From positions 75,240 through 139,239 of IMG/VR virus record IMGVR_UViG_3300025030_000046: a stretch of DNA of 64,000 nt. One strand, 5' to 3'. How positions within the stretch are numbered: position 1 is the first letter of the stretch; the number at the start of each line of letters is the position of its first letter. The stretch is from a virus. A model generated the notes under the pieces. That model was not told the origin of the DNA, ran no database searches, and was given only the letters and a program-made list of their open reading frames with translations. The translations under genes were made by a program, and so were the position numbers. Shown here piece after piece: positions 20,990-31,930 of this stretch.

Positions 20990-22126
20990 TTGGCAAGTAC
21001 AAAGAATAAAAAAGCAAGTACAGAAATATTAAGAAATTCTTGTACTTGTTGTGGAGCAAACAACTCAAAAGATTTTTATAAAAGTTTTAATCCAATTCAA
21101 AAACAAACTCAGCAATTATCAGTTTGTAAGTCATGTGTTGAGATTGAATTCCAAAAATATTTGGGTAAATATCAAGATGGTAAACTTGCTATGTATTATT
21201 TATGTAGAAAATTTGATATCTTTTTTTGTGTAAATGCATATGAAGGGGCGGTAAATAACTCAGCAACTACTGGATGGACAATTATTCAATCATACTTTAA
21301 ACAAATTAATTCTTTTAGAAATGAAGATTATGTAAGTAAGAACGGATATTTAATTACTTTTGATGAAAGTTTTGATTTTCTTGACAGAGTTTTATTGGAA
21401 AATTCAAATGATAATGAAATTAAAAGCACTAAAAAAGAAAAAACTCCAATTAATTTTTCAGATTCAGATAAACAAAATCAAAATGATGTAATTAGATTAT
21501 TAAAATATGATCCATTTATTGATGAAAGCTATGAGATAAAAGGATTCTTATATAATAAGCTGATCGATTTTCTTGATGAAAACACACTGAATGATAGTTT
21601 TAAACTTCCTATAGTAATTGAAATAGTCAAAGGATTTGGTCAAGCTGAAAAAATAAACAAAGCCTTGTCACAGATAGATATAACTAATGATATGACAAAA
21701 ATAAAAGATATAAAAATTTTATCTGATACAAGAAATGATATTTTAAGAGTTACTTTAACAATGGCTAAAGATAATGGAATATCAGAAAATTATAGTAACA
21801 ATAAATCAAAAGGTGCTGGAACATTGTCTGGTATCATTAAAGACTTACAAGAAAAGGGAATACGTGATGCAGAAGTGAATTTATATGATATAGAAACTTG
21901 TTCGGGCATGAAACAGGTTGCTGATATTAGTAATAAAAGTATTATTCAACAATTAATGCTCAATGAAAATGACTATGTAGATATGATAAAAGATCAAAAA
22001 CAGTTAATTCAAGATTTAGATGATAAATCAATTAAATTAGAAGAAGATAACAGATTATTAAAATTAAAACTAAAGGGTTTAGAATCATACTTAAAAGATA
22101 ATAAAATTCTAAGGGACGAGGTATAG
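20990..22126 (+). CDS. zinc-finger protein upstream of terL, possible small terminase (YonG-like)
   Basis: CTCC...CKSC; position immediately before terL. Confidence 0.6.
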   Translation: MASTKNKKASTEILRNSCTCCGANNSKDFYKSFNPIQKQTQQLSVCKSCVEIEFQKYLGKYQDGKLAMYYLCRKFDIFFCVNAYEGAVNNSATTGWTIIQSYFKQINSFRNEDYVSKNGYLITFDESFDFLDRVLLENSNDNEIKSTKKEKTPINFSDSDKQNQNDVIRLLKYDPFIDESYEIKGFLYNKLIDFLDENTLNDSFKLPIVIEIVKGFGQAEKINKALSQIDITNDMTKIKDIKILSDTRNDILRVTLTMAKDNGISENYSNNKSKGAGTLSGIIKDLQEKGIRDAEVNLYDIETCSGMKQVADISNKSIIQQLMLNENDYVDMIKDQKQLIQDLDDKSIKLEEDNRLLKLKLKGLESYLKDNKILRDEV

Positions 22127-22129
22127 TCT

Positions 22130-24004
22130 ATGGAATTTTATTTAAAGCAATCAGATGTCGAAATATCGCAAAGGAGATTAGAAGGATATTTGAAACTTGC
22201 TGAATTAGTTCAGTGGGGAAGAATGCATCCTACTAGATTCTGTGAAAAAGTATTTGGCATTGAATTTTTAGATAACCAAAAATATGCTTTCATGATGTCT
22301 TGGACTACACCTTTTAATGTATGGTGTCAAAGTAGAAATAGTGGAAAATCTACACTACTTGCCCCATTTACGATGGCTAAGACATTATTAATACCAAATT
22401 TTGAAGCATATATAATAAGTGGCACTGGAAGCCAAGCACAAGAAACTTTTCTAAAGATTGAAAAAATTGCAAAAAAAGAAATTGCATCTTTTGCTGGATT
22501 GACAGACGTATTCTTTAACGAAACCGTAAAAAGTTCAGCTAATAGAGATGGATTTACACACAACCCAGCGTCATTTAAATACCACCTATATAATAATAGC
22601 GTAGCATACTCACTGAATGGTAACATAGATGGAATAAGAGGTAAAAGAGCAAACTTAATCGCTTTTGATGAGGCTGGATTTATACCTCATGATTTATTTG
22701 TTGCTGCTATGCCATTTATTACACAAGATAGTAATTTTAAATTAGGTGGAAAAGTAGATATAACAACATTACCAAAAGAGTTTCCAAATCAAGTTATTAT
22801 GGCAAGTTCAGCATCAAGTACGGATACATATTTTTGGGAGAGATATAAAGAATACTCAAAAAAAATGTTTTTAGGTGATAAGAAATATTTTTGTATAGAT
22901 GTAAATGCGGAAATTGTTCTAAATCCTACATTTAATGGTAGAGCTTACCCTCCGCTTGTTAGAAAAGAAGTAATTGACAATGCGATGAAAGATAATAAAG
23001 AAAAAGGACTCAGAGAACATTATAATATATTCTCTACAGAAGGTGGAGAAAATCAAGCAATTAAACGTGCGATAATAATAAGGAATAGTGAAATCAGAGT
23101 ACCTTTGCTTGCTAACGATGGTGGTAAAAAGTTTGCAATAGCATATGATCCTGCTAGAAGCTTTGACAACGCAATAAGTATGGTGGGCGAAATATATTTA
23201 GATGAAAACATAGGATACAAGATGAGAATCTGTAGTGGAGTTAGTTTTGTTGATATAGCTAAAAAGAAAAAAACACCAATGAGAACACCCGAACAGGTCG
23301 AATTTGTAAAACAATCACTTCTTGATTATAACGGTAATAATGCTGCTGATTATGAAAATATAGAAGCACTTTTGATAGACGCTGGAGCTGGCGGAGGCGG
23401 TCATATTATTGCTGATTATTTTATGGAGGAATGGATAGACACAAAAGGACTTAAGCACAAGGGTTTAATTGATAAAATAGAATGTGTTGATTATGTCTCT
23501 AAGTTTCCAAATGCAGTAGATAAATTAAAATTAATGAATCCAAAAAAATATAAAGTTGAGATGTATGATGCTTTGGTTGAAATGCTTGGGCTTGACTTAA
23601 TTTCATTTACGGATGAATACGATATGAAGGGTTATTTGAATATATTTGAAAACTCAGAAGTTGAATATAGTGATGAAAAAAATAATAAGAAAAAAGAAAT
23701 TCAAGTAAATACAAAAACACATAAACTATCATTTGATGAAGAATTAGCCTTAAAAAATATCGATTTATCAAAAGAAGAATTAGTTAATATTTTTAGATAT
23801 GATGGTAAAAGCGGTGGAAGACAATATGATTTAGCTCCTGATAAAAAAACTAAAATGCATGACGATAGAGCCTATTGTTTAGCTATGCTCGCTTGGTATC
23901 TACAACAATTAAGAAGAAAAAATATAACTCATAAAAAAAATGATGCCAATATAGACATCTCAAAACTATTTAATTTCCGTCAACCTCAAATACGCAAGCG
24001 CTAA
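22130..24004 (+). CDS. terL: terminase large subunit
   Basis: SRNSGKS Walker A, FDEAG Walker B, YDPARSFD and HDDRAY nuclease motifs. Confidence 0.92.
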   Translation: MEFYLKQSDVEISQRRLEGYLKLAELVQWGRMHPTRFCEKVFGIEFLDNQKYAFMMSWTTPFNVWCQSRNSGKSTLLAPFTMAKTLLIPNFEAYIISGTGSQAQETFLKIEKIAKKEIASFAGLTDVFFNETVKSSANRDGFTHNPASFKYHLYNNSVAYSLNGNIDGIRGKRANLIAFDEAGFIPHDLFVAAMPFITQDSNFKLGGKVDITTLPKEFPNQVIMASSASSTDTYFWERYKEYSKKMFLGDKKYFCIDVNAEIVLNPTFNGRAYPPLVRKEVIDNAMKDNKEKGLREHYNIFSTEGGENQAIKRAIIIRNSEIRVPLLANDGGKKFAIAYDPARSFDNAISMVGEIYLDENIGYKMRICSGVSFVDIAKKKKTPMRTPEQVEFVKQSLLDYNGNNAADYENIEALLIDAGAGGGGHIIADYFMEEWIDTKGLKHKGLIDKIECVDYVSKFPNAVDKLKLMNPKKYKVEMYDALVEMLGLDLISFTDEYDMKGYLNIFENSEVEYSDEKNNKKKEIQVNTKTHKLSFDEELALKNIDLSKEELVNIFRYDGKSGGRQYDLAPDKKTKMHDDRAYCLAMLAWYLQQLRRKNITHKKNDANIDISKLFNFRQPQIRKR

Positions 24005-24037
24005 TAATGTAAAATATAAAATAAAGGTGGTGAAACA

Positions 24038-25552
24038 TTGAGTGAAGTAAAAGAAACAACAAAGATATTAACTCAAGCAGAAAAAGATAATGTGCAGTTT
24101 CAAAAATTATTGCAATTCGCAAATTTAGCTAAATATTTAAAGAAAGATTTAAATAGTACTCAACAAGTTCAATATACTTTTCATAAAAATTTCAATAAAG
24201 ATGAAGTTATGAAGTGGCAAGCGAATCCTCAAAAATATGAAAAACAACTTCGCAATCTTTCAAGATTTTTATATGATACATCAAGTCATTATAAACGCTT
24301 GGTTCAATATTTTGCGACAATGTTAACTTTTGATTATTATATAGAGCCTTACGGAATGACTGACTTTGAACCTACTAAAGAATCAATTTTAAAAGTTCAA
24401 AAGAAATATATAAGCATAGTAAATTTATTAGAAGTAATGAATTTAAAGCATGAGTTTTTAAAGGTGTGTGAAAGAGCATGGATAGACGATGTTTGCTATT
24501 TTTATGAGTATAATATGTCAGATTCATATTTTTTAATGAATTTAAATCCAGACTATTGTCAAATTAGCGGAATAGAGGATGGGTCATTGACATTTAGCTA
24601 TGACTTTTCATTTTTCACTACATATCCTAAAGAATTGGATAAATATGCAGAAGAATTTAAAACAAAATATGAATTATATAAAAGTGATAATAAAAAATAT
24701 AAATGGCAGGAAATAGACCCTTCTAAAAGTTTATGTATTAAAGTTGCCGAAAATGTTGATTATCCGATTCCTCCATTTGCAGGATTAGCTGAAGAAGTAT
24801 GGGCGTTAGAGGATTATAAATCTTTAAAATTATCAAAAACTGAAATGGAAAATTATTTATTATTAATAGCAAAGATTCCATATTTAAAGGAGTCAGGAGT
24901 TGCTAATAATTTTGCTTTAGAAATAAATAAAGCAATAGAATATTTTGATCTTATGATGGGTAGTCTTCCCGACCAGTGTGGTGGATTACTTTCGCCCTTT
25001 GAGAGCGTAGAGGCAGTTAAGGTTGATAAAAACGATAAAGATAATGATAAAGTTAGCGAAGCTCAAAAATCATTATATGATGCAGCAGGGGTATCCTCAT
25101 CATTATTTAATAGTGACGGGTCAGCTGCCACTGTATCTAAAAGTATTTTGGTTGATGAAAATGTTGTGTTTAAGGTGTTGCGTCAACTAGAACGCTGGAT
25201 TAATAAGAGACTTAAAGATGAAAACAAAGTTATTAAATTTAAAGTGCAGTTTATCGATATTACTAGATTTAATCAAAATGATTACATTAAAAATTTAAAA
25301 GAAGCTGCTACATTGGGACTTCCAGTAAAACTAAAATATAATTCGGCAATTGGGCAATCTCCGAGTTCCGCAATACATATGGAATTTTTAGAAAATTCGG
25401 TATTGGGCATTTCAGAAAAATGGATTCCATTACAATCTAGTCATACAACTAGTGGAGATGGCGGAAGACCTACGGTTGATGAAGGTAAATTATCCGAATC
25501 TGGAGCGAAAACAAAGGAAAATGACTCAAATAACAAAGAGGCGAGAAATTAA
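24038..25552 (+). CDS. portal protein
   Basis: 504 aa after terL; YPIPPF and PLQSSHTTSG...GGRP typical of SPbeta-like portals. Confidence 0.8.
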   Translation: MSEVKETTKILTQAEKDNVQFQKLLQFANLAKYLKKDLNSTQQVQYTFHKNFNKDEVMKWQANPQKYEKQLRNLSRFLYDTSSHYKRLVQYFATMLTFDYYIEPYGMTDFEPTKESILKVQKKYISIVNLLEVMNLKHEFLKVCERAWIDDVCYFYEYNMSDSYFLMNLNPDYCQISGIEDGSLTFSYDFSFFTTYPKELDKYAEEFKTKYELYKSDNKKYKWQEIDPSKSLCIKVAENVDYPIPPFAGLAEEVWALEDYKSLKLSKTEMENYLLLIAKIPYLKESGVANNFALEINKAIEYFDLMMGSLPDQCGGLLSPFESVEAVKVDKNDKDNDKVSEAQKSLYDAAGVSSSLFNSDGSAATVSKSILVDENVVFKVLRQLERWINKRLKDENKVIKFKVQFIDITRFNQNDYIKNLKEAATLGLPVKLKYNSAIGQSPSSAIHMEFLENSVLGISEKWIPLQSSHTTSGDGGRPTVDEGKLSESGAKTKENDSNNKEARN

Positions 25553-25580
25553 ATCAAATAACTCAAAGGAGGTGTCTTAA

Positions 25581-25766
25581 TTGGCATCTTTTATTTATTG
25601 TATGGACGAAAAAACAAAAAACGAACTCATTTCTAAGGGTTATAAATTTATAAAACAGGAATCCATACAAAATAAATCTGCTTGGATTTTTGAATATAAA
25701 CCAGAATTACAATTTGATGTAAATGATAAAACAAAATATTTTACATCTAATACTATGCGTTTTTAA
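25581..25766 (+). CDS. small hypothetical head-region protein
   Basis: GGAGGTG RBS. Confidence 0.65.
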   Translation: MASFIYCMDEKTKNELISKGYKFIKQESIQNKSAWIFEYKPELQFDVNDKTKYFTSNTMRF

Positions 25767-25778
25767 GGAGGTGAAATC

Positions 25779-27341
25779 TTGAGTGAAATAAAACAATTAA
25801 GATGTAAAGCAATTTTTGATTCTAATATAGAAAAAATAAACCCTCTTTTTTCAAAAGTAAAAATTAGAATAGCATATACGGGAACTAATAGAAATAATTC
25901 TTATATTTCTAAAGAGTCTTTTGAAAAGGCACTTCCCACAATTTATAACTGTCCAATAATAGGTGAGTTTATAGAGACTGTTGAAGATTGGGGTTCTCAT
26001 GGTGGCAAAATTGAAATCAGTGATAAAGGAATAAAGTATATTCAAACAACTAAGCCATATGGAGTTATAAATGAGACCTCAGAAATAACTTGGGAAGATG
26101 TTGTTGAAGAAGATGGAGCTATTAATACATATCTTTGCGCTACTGGATATTTGTGGACGGGCAGATATGAAGAATTAGATTCTGTGCTAAAAAACTCAAA
26201 AAGCCAATCAATGGAAATTGAAATTTCTAATGGCGATTTTAAAGATATTAATAATCAACAAGTATATGCCATAGAAGACTTTGTTTTTAGTGCTTTTTGT
26301 ATATTAGGAGATAGTGTTGAGCCTTGTTTTGAAAGTTCTACAGTAACTTCTTATAATTTTAATAAAGATGATTTTAAAGCAGAATTTAATAAAATGCTCG
26401 AAGAATTAAAGCAATTTTCATTACAAAGTCAAGCGTCGTCTTCTGACGTTGATGATATAAAATTTAATAAAGAAGGAGGTAAACATATAGTGGATGAAAA
26501 ATTAGAATTAATTGCCAAATATAATCTAACTGTTGAACAGTTAAATTTCAACATAGAAGAAATTGAGCTTGAAGAGTTAGAGGTAAAATTACAAGAGTTT
26601 TCAACAAATAATGATGAAGATTTAAAAGGAGATAACTCAGTTATTGAATTTTCTGCTACATATCGTCAAAAACGAGAAGCATTATCTAACGCATTAGATC
26701 CAAAAATTGAAAAAGATGCAGATGGCAATATAATATACGAAGAGTATATGTGGATTGAAGACTTCGACGATGAATTTGCTTATGTAGAAAAAAGTATTTG
26801 GACTGCCGATAATCACGAACGTAAATATGGAAGATTTTCATATACATTTGATGAGTCTGCACTAACAGCAACAATTACATCCGAATTTGAAGAAATGGTT
26901 CTTACTTGGTTAACTCTAGAAGAAAATCAGAAGCTTCAAGACGAGAGAAATACAGTTTCGGCTGAATTTGAAAAACTTAAAGTTGAATTTAATGAATATA
27001 AAAACAAATATTCAACACCTAATGAAGAAGTTGAAACTCTCAAACAATTCCAAAGTGATAAACTCGCAGAAGAGCGAAAAGAATCTGAAGACGCACTATT
27101 TGCACAGTTTGAACAGCTTAGTGGAGTTGAAGAGTTTGAAGAGTTAAAGAAAAAAGCATCTGAATTCAGCATAGAGCAACTTGAAAAAGAAGTTGCTTTT
27201 ATTATGGTAAAAAACAATGCAATCTTTAAATTTTCAGTAAAACCAGCTACAAAGAATAAAGTAAAAATCGAGTTCACAAAAACAGAAGTTCAAATTGATG
27301 AACGAGATGAACTATTCAACAAATATTTAAAGAAAGAATAA
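25779..27341 (+). CDS. prohead protease fused to acidic scaffold region
   Basis: NRNNSYI, QSMEI, FCILG...PCF protease motifs; acidic coiled-coil C terminus; internal RBS before GTG 26490. Confidence 0.75.
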   Translation: MSEIKQLRCKAIFDSNIEKINPLFSKVKIRIAYTGTNRNNSYISKESFEKALPTIYNCPIIGEFIETVEDWGSHGGKIEISDKGIKYIQTTKPYGVINETSEITWEDVVEEDGAINTYLCATGYLWTGRYEELDSVLKNSKSQSMEIEISNGDFKDINNQQVYAIEDFVFSAFCILGDSVEPCFESSTVTSYNFNKDDFKAEFNKMLEELKQFSLQSQASSSDVDDIKFNKEGGKHIVDEKLELIAKYNLTVEQLNFNIEEIELEELEVKLQEFSTNNDEDLKGDNSVIEFSATYRQKREALSNALDPKIEKDADGNIIYEEYMWIEDFDDEFAYVEKSIWTADNHERKYGRFSYTFDESALTATITSEFEEMVLTWLTLEENQKLQDERNTVSAEFEKLKVEFNEYKNKYSTPNEEVETLKQFQSDKLAEERKESEDALFAQFEQLSGVEEFEELKKKASEFSIEQLEKEVAFIMVKNNAIFKFSVKPATKNKVKIEFTKTEVQIDERDELFNKYLKKE

Positions 27342-27356
27342 GGAGGAATTTTAATT

Positions 27357-27881
27357 ATGGCAAATTACGGAGTAATCAGAATGGATTCAGTTCCAGAGAA
27401 AATTAGAAGTGCTAAACATTTAGTTGGTAGCACAGAAACAGCTATAGAAAATGGCAATATCGTTCAGGTGGATGTATTAATAAGCACAGCAAACCGTGAG
27501 CTATTTAAGGCTATTGTACCAACAGCTATTACAAATCTAAATGTAGGTGTGGTTTGTACACCAGAAGTTATTTATGATGAAGCTTTAAAATCAACAGGAG
27601 CATTAACTAAGTTTATAAATCCTGCTGGAAAACCTATAACTGTAGCTATGCCAGAAGTTGGAAAGTTTTTATCAATTTCTGATGAGTGTATCACAGTAAT
27701 TAATGATGATGACGACCTTCCTGCTGTTGGAAGTTTTGTTACAGTAACTCAAGGTTCAACAAAATGGACAGAAAAAGCTTCTCTAGGTGGTACTGAAACA
27801 CTTGCAGGTAAAATAGTTGCAAGAGAGCTTTACAAGAAAGACACTTATCTCAACACAGTAGAAATAGTAGTAGGATATTAA
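27357..27881 (+). CDS. head decoration/capsid-associated protein
   Basis: Between protease and major capsid; IENGNIV motif. Confidence 0.6.
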   Translation: MANYGVIRMDSVPEKIRSAKHLVGSTETAIENGNIVQVDVLISTANRELFKAIVPTAITNLNVGVVCTPEVIYDEALKSTGALTKFINPAGKPITVAMPEVGKFLSISDECITVINDDDDLPAVGSFVTVTQGSTKWTEKASLGGTETLAGKIVARELYKKDTYLNTVEIVVGY

Positions 27882-27912
27882 TAAACTAAAACATAAAAGG
27901 AGGATAATAATA

Positions 27913-28911
27913 ATGAGTGAAAGAATAGAGCTAATTAAATTAGCTAAAGAAACATATAAAAATAGATTTTCGCATGACAAATTTTCTAAGAATGATGCTA
28001 ATGATGTATTGAGAAACAAATTTATTGAACTCAATGGCGGTTCTAGTAAATTGGATTTCAAGGCACTTCGTAGAAATGGTGCGGAGATGTTTGAAATCAT
28101 AGAAGAGATTCTTGAAAACACAGTTATCGAAGGACTTCCAGAAGATAGTTTCTTCTCTAAGTTTGTAGAGTATAAGAACGTTGCATTGGGAGATCAGAAT
28201 AGTTTTTATGTACCTGATAACACAATGTTAGTAGTTTCTGAAATTGCTGATGGCACTACTTCACTAAGAAGACAGAGAATGGACGTAGGTTCTAACGTAA
28301 GCATTACTACTTCATGGAAGGGAATCAAGATTTATGAACATCTTTCAAGATTGCTTTCTGGCAGAGTAGACTTCAACGAAATGCTTACGGCACTTGAAAA
28401 GGCATTCAAATTGAAAGTTAATGACGATGTATGTAGTGCGTTTGTTGGTTCTTTCGCAAGTCTTCCATCAGGCTTTACAACATCAGGTTCTTTCGATGAA
28501 GATTCAATGATTGATATAATTGAGCATATTGAAGCTGCTACTGGTAAAACAGCTATGCTTGCAGGTACTATGAAAGCACTGAGAAAAGTTTCTACTGCAA
28601 TAGTTTCCGATACTGCAAAAGAAGATGTTTACAAAATGGGATACTTTGGTTCATTCAACGGTACTCCTATGATGAGAATTAAGCAAGCTCATACAGTTGG
28701 TACATACACATTTAAATTATCTGAAAATGATATTTATATTGTAACGACTGACGAGAAACCTGTTAAGTTCGTAACAGAAGGTGAAGCAAGAGTTCTTTCT
28801 GGCGACGCTATGTCTAACGCTGATATGACACAAGATTATTTCTTCGCTAATCAGTACGGCACAGGTGTTGTAATTACTGACCTTTATGGCAAGTATGAGA
28901 TATCTGCATAA
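27913..28911 (+). CDS. major capsid protein
   Basis: 332 aa, strong RBS, highly-expressed codon usage, downstream terminator, position. Confidence 0.8.
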   Translation: MSERIELIKLAKETYKNRFSHDKFSKNDANDVLRNKFIELNGGSSKLDFKALRRNGAEMFEIIEEILENTVIEGLPEDSFFSKFVEYKNVALGDQNSFYVPDNTMLVVSEIADGTTSLRRQRMDVGSNVSITTSWKGIKIYEHLSRLLSGRVDFNEMLTALEKAFKLKVNDDVCSAFVGSFASLPSGFTTSGSFDEDSMIDIIEHIEAATGKTAMLAGTMKALRKVSTAIVSDTAKEDVYKMGYFGSFNGTPMMRIKQAHTVGTYTFKLSENDIYIVTTDEKPVKFVTEGEARVLSGDAMSNADMTQDYFFANQYGTGVVITDLYGKYEISA

Positions 28912-28931
28912 ATAATATAAAATATAAAACT

Positions 28932-28961
28932 AGGGAGAGTGAAATATCTCTCCTTATTTTT
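28932..28961 (+). terminator. rho-independent terminator after capsid gene
   Basis: AGGGAGA-loop-TCTCCTT followed by T tract. Confidence 0.7.
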
Positions 28962-28983
28962 ATTGAATTAAAGGAGAAATAAT

Positions 28984-29607
28984 ATGGCTAAACGTGGAAA
29001 TCCAAATTTAAATAAAGTAAAAGCAACTGAAATTGTTGAAGAAATTAGCCCTATCATAAATGAAACAATTAAAGAGCAAGAAGTTAAACCAAAACAGGAA
29101 ATCACGCCTATGTGGAAACCTGACTTAAATCGTATGATTTATATTAAAAATATATCTAGGGGTAAACTAATATATAAAAGTAAGCGACAAATTGGCTATA
29201 CTGTAGAATGGGCAAAAAAAGGCGATAAAAATTATCTTGAACTTGGTGAATTCATAAATCTTAAAAATTCTGATAGAAGATTTGTAACAGAACCTTGGAT
29301 TAGAATAATTGAGGATGATGAAATTGAAATACTGAAATATGCAAATATTCTTCAGTACTATAAAGAGATACTTGGCATTGATAATGTAGCCGATATATTA
29401 CGCCTTGATTTCGATTCTTTTAAAAAGAAGTTTGATAATTTACCAGAAGGATATAAAAATGCCGTAATTGAACAAGCTGCTGATATGATTAGGAATGGTG
29501 AGCTTGATTCAATTAAGATAAAAAATTACATAGAAAAAACTATGGGAATCGAACTAGATATACTGACAAAGGTAAGTAGTAAAAATAATTCAATAGAAAT
29601 AAAGTAA
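28984..29607 (+). CDS. head-region hypothetical protein (YonA-like)
   Basis: Position after capsid; RBS. Confidence 0.6.
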   Translation: MAKRGNPNLNKVKATEIVEEISPIINETIKEQEVKPKQEITPMWKPDLNRMIYIKNISRGKLIYKSKRQIGYTVEWAKKGDKNYLELGEFINLKNSDRRFVTEPWIRIIEDDEIEILKYANILQYYKEILGIDNVADILRLDFDSFKKKFDNLPEGYKNAVIEQAADMIRNGELDSIKIKNYIEKTMGIELDILTKVSSKNNSIEIK

Positions 29608-29620
29608 GGGAGTTGATGAT

Positions 29621-30043
29621 ATGGCTACGCCTTACTCTGAAATAGATAATATGTTCTTGAGTGATATATCTGATGATACATTCTTGGATTATATAGATGC
29701 AGACAGAGATGAAATTCTTGACAATCTACGAAAAAAATCTGTAACAAGATTCAAAGCTTGTAAAAAGGATTTATATAATAAAGATGATATTTTGGGACAA
29801 TTTAATGATACTTTAACTGATGAAGAAAAGTTAATTATAGCTACAATTATGAGAAAATATTGGCTTAATGATAAGATTTATAATCTTGACTTAATTAAAC
29901 AAAGAATGTCATCTAAAGACTGGAAACTAACATCCCAAGCTGAGCATTTGTTACGGTTAACGGTTTTAAATCAGGAATTAGATAAAGAGATTAGTAGAAT
30001 GATTGTTGATTATACCGTTTATGCATTTAAGGTTGGTGATTAA
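29621..30043 (+). CDS. head-tail adaptor
   Basis: MATPYSEI...FL...D N terminus, SQAEHL motif, position. Confidence 0.6.
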   Translation: MATPYSEIDNMFLSDISDDTFLDYIDADRDEILDNLRKKSVTRFKACKKDLYNKDDILGQFNDTLTDEEKLIIATIMRKYWLNDKIYNLDLIKQRMSSKDWKLTSQAEHLLRLTVLNQELDKEISRMIVDYTVYAFKVGD

Positions 30044-30364
30044 ATGATACAAACTAATTATTCTGTAATTCCAGATGATTTATTCGTTAATTATCTTAAT
30101 TTCTTAAAAGGGCAATTATATAAAAGTCTTTGTTTAAAAGAAGAAAGTAGTGATACTTTAATTAGTTTTTTAGAATCACTTAATCGTGAACTCATAGGCA
30201 ATAAGGAATTAATTGCTTTTTTAAAAAATGATGCAAGGTTTATTAGTTTATTGAATAAAGTTCAATTTTTGATTTCAGAATCGGATGCAACTCATGAAGT
30301 GTTTAAAAAAGAGATATTTTCTTGCATATCTATAGTCAAAAAACTAGAAGAAAAATATATATAA
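30044..30364 (+). CDS. hypothetical neck-region protein
   Basis: Directly adjoining ORF in the structural operon. Confidence 0.6.
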   Translation: MIQTNYSVIPDDLFVNYLNFLKGQLYKSLCLKEESSDTLISFLESLNRELIGNKELIAFLKNDARFISLLNKVQFLISESDATHEVFKKEIFSCISIVKKLEEKYI

Positions 30365-30400
30365 TTATTTTATGTTTAAAATATAAAAGGAGGTATCCAA

Positions 30401-30913
30401 ATGGTATATCGCGATTTAAGCTTACAGAGGAAATGGCACGATGATGTATCACCAATAAATCCATACAAAGCTAGTAAAAACTTTGGTGCTGGTGCTGATG
30501 GTACAGTGCATGTTTATTATAGCCAAATTGGCACAGAAGGAAATGACTATTCAATAGAAGTAGTTACACAAGACGGTGCTAATAAAGAAATGAGCGTTGC
30601 ATTAGCTGATAATAAATTAACTGTAACATTAGGGAAAGATGCTTTAGAAGATATTTCAGTCACTAGTAATACTGCAAAATTAATAGCTGAAGCTATTGAT
30701 GCATTACCCGAATTTGAAGCAGAATATACTGGAACTGGGGCAACTGCTTATGTAACTCCATTTTCAGAGGTAGCATTTAGCGGTGGAAGCTATGGTACAC
30801 CTTGCCCAACGGCAGATGTTCTTGTGTTTGTAAGCCCATATTATTACTGGTGTGATCAAGCTGGAAGTAAAAACACTGTATCATGGAAAAGGTTTACTCC
30901 TGCTACTTATTAA
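30401..30913 (+). CDS. putative virion structural protein
   Basis: 170 aa, AGGAGG RBS, beta-rich. Confidence 0.6.
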   Translation: MVYRDLSLQRKWHDDVSPINPYKASKNFGAGADGTVHVYYSQIGTEGNDYSIEVVTQDGANKEMSVALADNKLTVTLGKDALEDISVTSNTAKLIAEAIDALPEFEAEYTGTGATAYVTPFSEVAFSGGSYGTPCPTADVLVFVSPYYYWCDQAGSKNTVSWKRFTPATY

Positions 30914-30924
30914 ATTAAATATAA

Positions 30925-31920
30925 TTGTTAGGAGGGTGGACTGTGGCGAGATGGGATTTGTATGAACAAAAACTGAGAATTGATGGAAATACATTGAGAG
31001 ATAGACAAATAAACTTATCTAAAAAAGCTATTGAAGATTCATTTTTAAGCAGTCCATCTTATAAACAAGGCACTATCAATGATAATGATACTTTAGTTGA
31101 TGTATGGTTAGTAAATGATATTTCATCTAAAAACATAGATGACAGTTCTAAAAGTTTAATTATGATCGATGGTAGTTTAAATGTTGGAGATATATTTAAT
31201 TGCGAAAATATTAAATGGATTGTAACTAAAGTTGAGCCATATGAAGAAATATACATAAAGGCAAGAGTTGACAAAATCAATAACATTCTTAAATTCTATA
31301 AAAACCACATTTTATTTCAAGTTCCTTGCATTGTTAATAAGGGCGATATGAATATGGATGAAGCTAAGTTTATATCAATTGCCGCAGATGAGTATATTAT
31401 GGTTTGTCCTAATAACTCTGATAGCTTAAATATTGATTTGAATACTAGGTTTATATTAACTGGTAGTGCTTATAAGGTGCTTGGTATTGATAATATCAGT
31501 AATGTTGGGTTGCTAAATATTAGGATTAAGGAAGACGTTGTAATTGAAGATGATAATTTAACTTTGGGCATCGCCAATTATTACAGTAGTCAGATTATCA
31601 TTGATACAAGTACTGAAGATATTACAATTAGTCCACTAAGCACTACATTAAGAGTTGGTAAAAGCGTAACTTATGCAGCAAGGTTTACTGATGGTGGTAT
31701 TGAAAATAACTTAATTCATTTTAATTGGGAAATAACCAATGTTGATAGAAGTGATGATATTTATGCGGAAGCCATGCCTAATCATTCTAACAATACTTGT
31801 GTAATTACAGCCAAAAATTCTTATTCTGCAATTGGTAAAATCATAAATATAAAAATTTCGTTAGTTGAAAATCCAACTAGATTTATTGTAAAACAATTTA
31901 ATATAACGAGTTTGGTATAG
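30925..31920 (+). CDS. head closure/neck protein with C-terminal Ig-like domain
   Basis: Position; ITISPLSTTLRVGKSVTY Ig-like segment. Confidence 0.55.
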   Translation: MLGGWTVARWDLYEQKLRIDGNTLRDRQINLSKKAIEDSFLSSPSYKQGTINDNDTLVDVWLVNDISSKNIDDSSKSLIMIDGSLNVGDIFNCENIKWIVTKVEPYEEIYIKARVDKINNILKFYKNHILFQVPCIVNKGDMNMDEAKFISIAADEYIMVCPNNSDSLNIDLNTRFILTGSAYKVLGIDNISNVGLLNIRIKEDVVIEDDNLTLGIANYYSSQIIIDTSTEDITISPLSTTLRVGKSVTYAARFTDGGIENNLIHFNWEITNVDRSDDIYAEAMPNHSNNTCVITAKNSYSAIGKIINIKISLVENPTRFIVKQFNITSLV

Positions 31921-31930
31921 GGAGGCAAAA

